Assembly (NCBI RefSeq): GCF_006345805.1
Contig: NC_043003.1
Location: forward strand, 38,750,001 to 38,814,000
Length of the DNA: 64,000 bases
Reading direction: 5' to 3'
Origin: Octopus sinensis
Lineage: Eukaryota
The stretch's first letter is position 1. Every line of letters begins with the position of its first letter. A program made the position numbers and the translations under genes. Positions 24,656-35,000 of the stretch are shown piece after piece. Under the pieces are notes generated by a model. It was not told where the DNA came from. It ran no database searches and saw only the letters and a program-made list of their open reading frames with translations.

Positions 24656-27600
24656 GTGAGAATTTCAACGTCGTTGTCCTTTCTTTTATTTACAAACTAA
24701 AGAGACATCAGTTTCATTCGAACAAATCCCCATGACTGTCATTTTCTATATAAATGCGATCTATAAACCAGCTGAGCGACGAAAGCCTCAATTTCACCCA
24801 CCTCACTGTGCTTTATTATATACAAAACGATGTGGATTTTTTTTTTATTACCAGCTTCACAGAATAGACGAGAAAGACAAAGGGTTAGGTAGGAAGACAC
24901 CGGGAGATCTAGATGTAGATAAATAAATAGATAGATAAGACTATATAGATTACTAGATACAGATATAAGCATTAGATTTATGCATATGGACACAGAACAT
25001 GAAATAAATACGATATAAGGGCTGATAGGTAATATATTGAGTCATACAAATAGATATACAACAACAATAATGATGATGATGATGATAATAATTATATAAA
25101 TATAATATACAGATGAATTGATAAATAGTAAAGGAGCAGACAGCTAGATTGATAAATTTATTGATGCTCTCTCACTCACACACACACCCGTAATAAGTTA
25201 TGGTAAAATCAAGCTGAGATAGATAAATAAATATCGTAAAAATAAAAATAAGCCTGCATGTATACCTTTGTTAGTCCGGCTACTGACCATCTACTGTCCC
25301 TATTGGAATTTTTTTCTGTTTTAATTATGATTACTAACGCCTATACTGTCGAATGCTTCGGAGTAGTTTCAATTTGCGATCGAGTTCCACTCGAATCCAC
25401 ACGAAAGGCACACGTAGATTACAAACTCCTCTTATTATTCCATCGCCACCAAAATTCTGACATTTGTGTCTCTCTCACCCTTCTCTTTGCCGACCGATTT
25501 TGTTACACCTTCTGTTTCTAAGTTCTGATGTCATTTTTATAACTGCAGTATTTTTGATATTTTCTCACCCTTTCTTCTTAATTAATACTTGGCACCTTCC
25601 ACCTATATCTTTTATTTGTTTTGAGTCACTGCTTAAGCTTTCCTACCCGACTTCGATTCTTTGTTGTTCGAAATTAAGATTTACTTTGTCGAATCACTCA
25701 TAACTTTTATATCATATTATCTAATATGATATATATATATATATATTTATTTATTGTACATGTGTAGGTTATTGTTAGAGAGGGATGGGTGCTAATTTAA
25801 AATGACTCTAGTACATGATTTGGTGCTACTTATTGATATCTCGGAAGAACATCACCGAAATCTGAACTTAATATAACGATGATCTGCAAGTCTGGTACTC
25901 TACCGTTTTTCTCTCTTCACCACTCAAATCGTGTACATTAGTATTATATTTCTTACTGGTTTCGGTTTTTGAATTGCGACCGTGCTGGGAGGACACTGCT
26001 TTCATGAATTTTAGTCGTGTTTATCGATCATAGTTATTTTGTGTTGTACATATTTTATTGATATCTTTTTGTCGAATGACTAAGTCCACCTTGGCATAAA
26101 GGGATGTAATTCGAATATCACATTTTTTGTTTGACTCGCCTGTTTATTAATGCAATTTCTCTTAATACACATGCACATGATGGGATTCCGCACAGTCTCC
26201 ATCTACCAGATTTCACTTGGAAGGAAAAAAACTAGAACGATGTAGAGAAAGGTATCACTTTATTCATGTTGGAGACGATCTCCCTAGTACCTGTGGCGCA
26301 ATAAATTGTGCGTATGCTATTGCCCTTCTTGAGAAAGCAGTTAATATTGTGGAATGGTGTCCAGCTATAAAAAACGGCAAAAAAAAAAACAAGGTTGTGT
26401 GTGAACTGTGCAAGCAGTAACACATACAAGCCCCAAATGGGGGAAGAGAACCATCAATCAGTTGGAAGAATATTTTTTTTTGTCCTGTTGTAAGCCTTTT
26501 AGACAAGTGTCTATGACACAATAAAGTGCTCCCAGTCCACACTTTTAGGTGGTTCATGCAAAGAAAGACCTCCAATTGTAAAAACTATGCTTAAAAACCT
26601 GACATACAGTAGAAATGCCACCTTTTCTTTGTTGCTATGTGTGTGTGTGTGTGTGTGTGTGCCAAGTGTTGAAGAAGTGAAGTGAGTGGAGAGATGCAGT
26701 GACTTGCGTGGGTGATGTTGTCATGGGAAAATGGACTTGAAAATTATGATCAATGCATTGGCTCATAGACTAAGGTGCAATGCAGTGGAATTGAACTTGA
26801 AGCTATGCAGGTGCAAAGCAAATGTCCTTACTACACAAATATTGTTGTTTAACCCATAAGCATTTAAACTGGCCATATCCAGCCAAAATATTCTTTACTA
26901 CTCTAGACACAAAGCCCAACATTTTTGGGGAGGGGGCCAGTTGATTAGATCAACCCCAGTATACAACTGGCACTTAATTTATCGACTCTGAAAGGAGTAT
27001 AGATGTAGGTATGTACATATTCATATGTATATATATTATTATTATATGATTGAACGCCACGCATCCTCTTCCAAGTAACGTTTATATATGTATATATACA
27101 CTCTCGGAGTGGTTGACGTTAGGAAGGGCATCCAGCTGTAGAAATACTGCCAGATCAGACTGGAGCCTGGTGCAGCCTTCTGGCTTCCCAGATCCCCGAT
27201 CAAACCGTCCAACCCATGCTAGCATGGAGAACGGACATTAAACGATGATGATAATGATATATATATGTATATAAAAACTCACTATGGCTTAAGTTAATGT
27301 GGTATCCTTCAAAATGAGAACTTGATCATTGCATGACTTAAAACCTCAAGCAACCTCTGTATTTGTAAATTACTAACAAATGTGTTGACAGAGACAATAC
27401 TGGGTGTGCTATTGCAGATTCATTCATTTAGTTTATGATGAGGATGATATTTAAATACTGAAGTTTGAAACTAAGGTTCTTTAAACAACCTTAATGTTGA
27501 AGTAAAATAATAATAAGGAAGAAAGAAAAAAGACATAGCTTGATGGAACATTAGTTTTGGTATTGCCTTTAGTTTGCAAAGTAATAGTAATAGGATTGGT

Positions 27601-30600
27601 AGAAACAACTACTATGTGAAAGCTTACTTATTGTTGATCCTCTTATTTGTTGAGAAGTCAGGAAGGTGATAGAAAGATGCATTGCTGTATTAACTGAGAA
27701 TTGAGATGCATGGCATGCAGTTTCTGTTTATATTAATATGTGATGTCATGGCAACAATATTTTTGGTGTAACACTAACAAGAAAAGTTTGGAAAAGAAAC
27801 AAGAACTGTTGTCTGCCATTTGTTAACCTCAAAAGGTTGTTGATGTGGTTTCACGTTTTGAAACCTGGTGAGCAGTGTGAAAGCTTGGTGTAAATGAAAG
27901 TCTTATAATAGATGCCTTCCTCTCTACTGCAGCCTCACTCAGTTGAAGGGGACCTTTGTCATGCAAGCTGCATGGTGACCTCAAAAGTGCTGGTGTCATG
28001 TAAAAGCACCCAGAATATGCTGTAAAGTGGTTGGCATTAGGAAGGGCATTTAACCATAGAAACCGTGCCAAGCAGACTTTTGAGTACAATGCAGTCTTCA
28101 GATCCTGAGGATTTTGACGTTCAGTCCTTTTACATAAAAGGGCTCATGTTACATAATAAAATTTCTCATACATTATTTGATGTCTCTTTAAATTTTCTAC
28201 ATTCATTATGCCTGTGTTTCACAGTTATAGATTACACTTTTAACATGTTACACATTGAGTACAAAGAAAAATTGTTTGTAGAAATTACCCAACACATACA
28301 GCAATATGAATTGATTCATTTTAATCATCATCATCATCATCGTTTAACGTCTGCTTTCCATGCTAGCATGGGTTGGACAATTTGACTAACAGTATATTTC
28401 TATGATTGAATTAATTGCTAAGATTTTTCACTTTAAAGCCATATTAGACATTACAAAAACCTAATCCTCTTGAGATAGGCCAATTGACAGGGTCTAAACC
28501 ATGTAGCTACCATTTGCTGTGTGACCAGGTTACCAACTTCACTACAAAGTATCTACCTATCTCCCTATCTTTCATCCAATATCCTATGCACTATTATATA
28601 TAGCTTTATCTATATATTCCCGAAAAAATAAATTCTGTTAATTCTTCCCAGACCTTACTGAATTCCAGGTGAAGCTCATCATCATCATCATCGTTTAACG
28701 TCCGTTCTCCATGCTAGCATGGGTTGGACGGTTCGACCGGGGATCTGGGAAGCCAGAAGGCTGCACCAGGCTCCAGTCTTATCTGGCAATATTTCTACAG
28801 CTGGATGCCCTTCCTAACGCCAACCACTCCGTGAGTGTAGTGGGTTCTTTTTATGTGCCACCTGCACAGGTGCCAGGCGAGGCTGGCAACAGCCACGGTC
28901 GGATTGGAATAAAACTGAGTTTCTTATTCTTTCAGAATGTGAAAACTTGCAAGTAAGAGGTGTTAGTGGTCCAAACCAGGCAGCATCTAATCTAGTGATT
29001 TGATATGAATTAGGACCATGTGCTGGGAATAAACTTGTGAGCTAGGGTTAAGATAGGAAACCACAGACCTATTGCAATTTAGGAGGTGATCATATGTTAG
29101 TAAAACTTTCATATGTGGAATGAAAATTTGTTAAGACTAAGTGATTGTCTAAAGTGAAACCGAATACCAAAGACCTTTTGATGATGGAAATATACTGGTG
29201 TGTTGCAATAAAAATGATTGCTGAGTCCCTACATTACATAAAATATGACCATCATTTATATCACATGATATAGGAACTCTCCTTCTCTCTCTCTCTCGGC
29301 AACATCAAACTTTACCCTTTGTTGCCATATTTTTGTTGAAATATACTGTCTTTGTTTCAATTAATTTTGAAAATAATGAAGAGTCTCATAAAATAACTTA
29401 GTCGCTAATTAAACTAGCATTTGGCACATAAATTAACATCAAATTTTTATGTAAGGTTCTAGTTTAGAACACTTTAAAACAGAGGTGGTCTTTGGATTGG
29501 TATCAAAAGGGTTAATGACATGATGTACAACTATTTCCTTGGCATTGAACCTTTGTAAGCATATTTATTATAAGTCAGCATTGTTAAAAATATAACTAAA
29601 TATAGGCACAGACATATGACTTAGAAGTTTGCTTCTTTGTAACCACATGGTTTTGAGTTCAATTTTAACTACATGACACCTTAGGCAAGTGTCTTCTCTA
29701 TAACTCTGGGCTGACCAAAGCCTTGTGAGTGGATTTAGTAGGCGGAAACTGAAAGAAGCCACATCTATTGCATACAAAGTCTTCTGTCAGCTTGTTTCAT
29801 ATCCTACTGCAGCTCCTGTGTGCCATAGTTGATGTTTAGTACACATTATAAAGTTCCTATCCTTTTTCTGTATGTTAACTATAGCTTTTTACCTGCAGTA
29901 GAGTTTTGTTTTCTTTCTTACTAATTAAAACTTTTATCTTTGCAAAGTTTATATTTAAGCCTCTCAGTTCTAAACCCTGCTTCCACATTTGGAACCTTTC
30001 CTCTAAATCTTTGACTGATTGGTTTTGCTATAAAAAGTAGACAGTTATCATACAAGAGTTCCCACAGAGAGTTACTCTTGAATTCCTCCACCATGACATG
30101 GAGAATTCTAATAAACAAGATTTGAACCCTGATGGACACCTACATGCTGTTGTTTTTCTTCAGTTCATTGGTAACTCTCACTTAACTAATAGATGCTCTG
30201 CAAAAAGCTTACACAACTCTCACAGACCATTCATAGACACTCAGTTTTTATTGATGAACACCATACTACAGAGTGTGAAACTCTGTCAAAGGTCTTTTCC
30301 AGGCCAACAAATGTAAGCTGTAATGGTTTGCTTTTTTGGGTAAGAATTTCTCTTGTAGCCATCTCACTAAAAGAAGAATATGTTAGTGGTAACCACTCTT
30401 GGCAAAAACTGCATTTTATCTTAGTTCTCTCTCTCACTTGCTGCTCAATAACTGTTACTTGCTTCACTTAGTCCTGAAATTCAATCCCTTTGTAAATGAT
30501 CTTTTTTGAATGATCTCCTTTGCCCTTGTAGCTGTTGATGATGTTACTCTGTCAGTCATTGGTGTTGACACCTTCTTGAGCTATTTGATTAACTGTGCAT

Positions 30601-31263
30601 GTGATTAGTGTGTATCCTTCTTTGCCGGATATACTTTTCATCTCAATAACTGTTTCTGATGGTTCTGCTGCTCTCCTTGCCTTCATGTCCTCAATGACCC
30701 TTTTGACCATATAGCAGTCGATACATAGTTCGTCTCTCTATTGGCTCTGCTTAAAATAGCCCCTCTGTCTAGCATACATTCTTCTCATTCTGCAACTATT
30801 CATAGCAGCATTCCCATGCCTTTTCTTATGCACTTTCCTCCATTGTCCTGACTCACTCTGACGCATTGTCTCACAGTTTGGAACATCTTGGGACTGTTCC
30901 TTATGGCACACAATATTGACAAATGACAAATCTTTTACTTTCATCTTATTCCTTTATAACTGGCATCTAACTTCTTTTCTAGCTACCTGAAATTGTTCTT
31001 TGCTCCTCTCTTCCTTTCATCCTTTCCCTAGCCTGTCTTTTAGCATTTACAGCTCTGTCTACTGTGTTATTCCACCACCATGTCACCTTCTGTTTGTGTA
31101 GAACCTTCCAGCATCCACAGATCTGATCTTACAGCTTGTAGCAGCTTATCTTGCAGAAACTCCCAATTGTCTTCTATTATACTTCTCTCCTTGTCCAGTA
31201 GTAAGGCCCTGGTTTAGAAGTTCCAGAGTTTTCAGGAGTATGGCATCACCTCCTTAACCATTA

Positions 31264-34200
31264 TTGTTTCCAAGGTGGAGAGGAGGATCTGCTAGGGTCC
31301 TCACAGGCAAGGAACACAGGTACAAGATTTTCTGGGCAGGGAACACTGACGGGGTTGGTGGCGTGGGTATACTTATCGCTGAGAAATGGATAGATAGAGT
31401 AATTGAGGTAATCAGAGTAAGTGACAGAATACTTAAGATTAGAATAGTGCTTCATAATAGATTAGCAACCATTATATCGGCCTATGCCCCTCAGCCAGGG
31501 CTACCCGATGGACAGAAAGACAGTTTCTATGACACCCTACTGCAGACCACCTCATTGACGAACGACAGGGACCTTCTCTTTGTGGCTGGTGATTTCAATG
31601 GGCATGTTGGACGACATGCTGGGGGCTTCCATGGCGTACATGGAGGCTACGGTTATGGTTCCCGCAACGAGGAGGGAACCAGGCTGCTGGAGTTCTGCGA
31701 TGCGAATAGTCTTATGGTCTGCAACACTAACTTCAGGAAACCAACAAGCCACCTGGTCACCTACCGATCGGGCCAGCATACTAGCCAAATCGACTACATC
31801 CTTGCCAGAAAAAGGGAAAGATGGCTGCTTATAAAAGCCAAAACCTTCCCAGGCGAAGAATGCACCCCACAACATAGACTGGTAGTTAGTGACTTTAGGA
31901 TCAGGACTAAGAGGGCGACTAGAAGACGACCAACATGGAGAAGAAGGGTCTGGAAGCTTAAAGCCCCTGCGAATGGACAGAGATTTAGAGATATGTTACT
32001 TGAAGCCTTTGACGAAGTGGAAGGGGGTATAGCTACACATGGGGTAGAAGACAACTGGACGTTTCTGAGGGACAACCTGCTGAAAGCCGCTGACCAGATC
32101 TGTGGCTGGTGCAAAGTCCCCTTAAGACCCAAAATAACGTGGTGGTGGAACAATATTGTTGACAGGGCTATTAGACAAAAGAAACAGGCTTGGAAGGCCT
32201 GGAAGAACGGTGGTAGCAGGGAAGGGTATCAGACTGCCAGAAGGGAAGCTAGGAGACAGGTCTATCTAGCCAGAGGGGAAGCAGATAAGAGAAAATTTGC
32301 CAATGTCCTGCGCCGTGAGGATGAAAGACTTGAGGTATTTCGTGTTGCAAGACAGTGTGTGAGAGAGAATCGTGATGTGGTAGGAGAGAAATGTGTTCGC
32401 ATGGAGGATGGTTCACTTGCGCTAAATGAGGATGCAAAGAGAGAAGCTTGGAGACGCCACTATGAAAGGTTACTGAATGAGGAAAATGAATGGGATAAAG
32501 AGAGTCTGCCGAATGTTGACCCTACAGAGGGACCAGCTATCCGAGTTGATAGTTCCGTGGTAGCTAAGGCAATTAGAAGCATGAAGACAGGGAAAGCCCC
32601 AGGCCCATCAGGAATTACTGCAGAGATGCTCAAAATATCTGGCAGTGTCGGCTATAACCTAGTCACCCGTATAGTCAACCAGGTGATACACGAAGGAGTC
32701 ATACCCAATGACTGGTGCAGCAGCATACTAGTCAACTGCTACAAAGGTAAAGGTGATGCCCTAGATACAAATAATTACAGAGGTATCAAGCTGTTGGATC
32801 AAGTAATGAAGGTTACGGAGAGGGTCATAGCCCAACTAATTAGAGAGAGAGTTAGTTTAGATGAGATGCAGTTTGGGTTCGTGCCAGGGAAAAGTACCAC
32901 TGATGCTATATTCCTGGTAAGGCAGCTGCAGGAGAAATACCTAGCCAAAGATAAGCCCCTGTACCTGGCTTTCGTTGACATGGAGAAAGCTTTTGATAGG
33001 GTCCCCCGATCCCTTATCTGGTGGTCAATGAGGAAACTAGGGATAGATGAATGGCTGGTGAGGACTGTGCAAGCCATGTACAGAGATGCCGTAAGTAAGG
33101 TTAGGGTTGGCAACATGTACACAGAAGAATTCAAAGTAGAGGTTGGGGTCCACCAGGGTTCAGTACTCAGCCCCCTCCTATTTATCATAGTACTCCAGGC
33201 AATTACGGAGGAATTCAAGACAGGCTGTCCCTGGGAGCTCCTCTACGCTGACGACCTTGCTCTTATTGCTGAGTCACTATCAGAACTGGAGGAGAAGTTC
33301 CAGGTGTGGAAGGAGGGTTTAGAATCAAGGGGCCTTAGAGTCAACCTAGCTAAAACCAAAGTACTAATAAGTAGAAAGGTAGACAATCCACAAATATCTT
33401 CAGGAAGATGGCCCTGCTCGATCTGTAGAAAAGGTGTAGGTAGAAACTCTATAAGATGTACCCAGTGTAAGCTATGGACACATAAGAGGTGCAGCAATGT
33501 CAAAGGTAAGCTAACTGGGAAGATAGTTTTTGTATGTGGCAGATGCTCGGGAGCATTAACCTCCGAAAATCTGCAGAAAACAACTTCCGTCACTTTCCAG
33601 GGGAAAAAACTAGAAGTAGTTGATAGCTTCCGTTATCTAGGTGACCAAGTCAGTAGTGGGGGTGGGTGCGCTGAAAGTGTAACTGCTAGAATAAGAATAG
33701 CCTGGGCAAAGTTTAGGGAGCTCTTACCTCTGCTGGTGACTAAAGGCCTCTCGCTCAGAGTAAAAGGCAGACTGTATGATGCGTGTGTACGAACAGCCAT
33801 GCTACATGGCAGCGAAACATGGGCCGTGACTGCTGAGGACATGCGTAAGCTCGTGAGGAATGAAGCCAGTATGCTCCGATGGATGTGTAATGTCAGTGTA
33901 CATACTCGACAGAGCGTTAGCACCTTGAGAGAAATGTTGTACCTAAGAAGCATCAGTTGTGGTGTGCAAGAGAGACGATTGCGCTGGTATGGTCATGTGG
34001 CGAGAATGGATGAAGATAGGTGTGTGAGAAAGTGCCAATCCCTAGCAGTTGAGGGAACCTGTGGAAGAGGTAGACCCAGGAAAACCTGGGACGAGGTGGT
34101 GAAGCACGACCTTCGAACTTTAGGCCTCACTGAGGAAATGACCAGAGACCGAGACCTTTGGAAATATTCTGTACGTGAGAAGACCAGGCAGGACAAGTGA
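31264..34200 (+). CDS. RTE LINE ORF2 (APE endonuclease + reverse transcriptase + C4HC3 finger), N-terminally truncated
   Basis: APE motifs AGDFNGH, SQIDYIL, QHRLV; RT motifs QFGF, DMEKAFD, QGSVLSP, YADD (33244); RTE C-terminal RLRWYGHV and RGRPRKTW. The first codon is TTG rather than ATG and the ORF begins mid-APE at RWRGG. Confidence 0.92.
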   Translation: MFPRWRGGSARVLTGKEHRYKIFWAGNTDGVGGVGILIAEKWIDRVIEVIRVSDRILKIRIVLHNRLATIISAYAPQPGLPDGQKDSFYDTLLQTTSLTNDRDLLFVAGDFNGHVGRHAGGFHGVHGGYGYGSRNEEGTRLLEFCDANSLMVCNTNFRKPTSHLVTYRSGQHTSQIDYILARKRERWLLIKAKTFPGEECTPQHRLVVSDFRIRTKRATRRRPTWRRRVWKLKAPANGQRFRDMLLEAFDEVEGGIATHGVEDNWTFLRDNLLKAADQICGWCKVPLRPKITWWWNNIVDRAIRQKKQAWKAWKNGGSREGYQTARREARRQVYLARGEADKRKFANVLRREDERLEVFRVARQCVRENRDVVGEKCVRMEDGSLALNEDAKREAWRRHYERLLNEENEWDKESLPNVDPTEGPAIRVDSSVVAKAIRSMKTGKAPGPSGITAEMLKISGSVGYNLVTRIVNQVIHEGVIPNDWCSSILVNCYKGKGDALDTNNYRGIKLLDQVMKVTERVIAQLIRERVSLDEMQFGFVPGKSTTDAIFLVRQLQEKYLAKDKPLYLAFVDMEKAFDRVPRSLIWWSMRKLGIDEWLVRTVQAMYRDAVSKVRVGNMYTEEFKVEVGVHQGSVLSPLLFIIVLQAITEEFKTGCPWELLYADDLALIAESLSELEEKFQVWKEGLESRGLRVNLAKTKVLISRKVDNPQISSGRWPCSICRKGVGRNSIRCTQCKLWTHKRCSNVKGKLTGKIVFVCGRCSGALTSENLQKTTSVTFQGKKLEVVDSFRYLGDQVSSGGGCAESVTARIRIAWAKFRELLPLLVTKGLSLRVKGRLYDACVRTAMLHGSETWAVTAEDMRKLVRNEASMLRWMCNVSVHTRQSVSTLREMLYLRSISCGVQERRLRWYGHVARMDEDRCVRKCQSLAVEGTCGRGRPRKTWDEVVKHDLRTLGLTEEMTRDRDLWKYSVREKTRQDK

Positions 34201-35000
34201 GCCCAGCCCACTTATGAATGCCTTTCCTCCCTTGGACACAAAGACCGGTTGAGGCAAGCGAAGTCGATATAGAACCTCATCCGACGACAGACACCCATGC
34301 CAACCCCCCATGCTTGCGAAGACATGTTGGGGCAAGCGAAATCGAAATCGAAACCGAATTGAACCAGCCAGGATCCCTGGCCTGGTGGTACGTAAAAAGC
34401 ACTATCCGACTCGTGGCCGTGGCACGTAAAATACTCCAATGCGACCGTACGACAGGCACCCATGCCAACCCCCTTTGCTTGTGAAGACATGTTGGGGCAG
34501 CCAGGATCCCTGGTCTGGTGGTACGTAAAAAGCACTATCCGACTCGTGGCCGTGGCATGTAAAATACTCCAATGCGACTGTACGACAGGCACCCATGCCA
34601 ACCCCCTTTGCTTGTGAAGATATGTTGGGGCAAGCGAAATCGAAATCGAATTGAACCAACCAGGATCCCTGGTCTGGTGGTACGTAAAAAGCACTATCCG
34701 ACTCGTGGCCGATGCCAGCACCGCCTCGACTGGCTTCCGTGCCGGTGGCACATAAAATACACCAATCTGACCGTGGCCGTTGCCAGCCCTGCCTGGCACC
34801 TGTGCAGGTGGCACGTAAAAAGCACCCACTACACTCACGGAGTGGTTGGCGTTAGGAAGGGCATCCAGCTGTAGAAACATTGCCAGATTAGACTGGAGCC
34901 TGGTGCAGCCTTCTGGCTTCCCAGAACCCCGGTCGAACCGTCCAACCCATGCTAGCATGGAGAACGGACGTTAAACGACGATGATGATGATGATGATGAT
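31272..35000 (+). mobile_element. Young 5'-truncated RTE-clade LINE in COPS3 intron 1 (sense), with 3' UTR and (GAT)n tail
   Basis: Uninterrupted ORF to TGA at 34200, a 3' UTR shared with many short copies in the window, and a (GAT)n tail at 34977-35000; no convincing TSD. Confidence 0.93.

Noticed and set aside
29172-29228. C/D box snoRNA (TGATGA...CTGA)
   Set aside because: Only about 48 nt between the boxes, a weak terminal stem, and no recognisable guide or C'/D' boxes.
31255-31280. Cryptic acceptor TTTCCAAG|G allowing a COPS3 exon 1-RTE ORF fusion
   Set aside because: It needs a phase-2 donor, but exon 1 ends in phase 1, so the fusion would be out of frame.
34212-34958. 248-aa antisense ORF over the LINE 3' UTR
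   Set aside because: It arises from GC-rich tandem modules and has no domain motifs; similar peptides recur in every copy of the repeat family.
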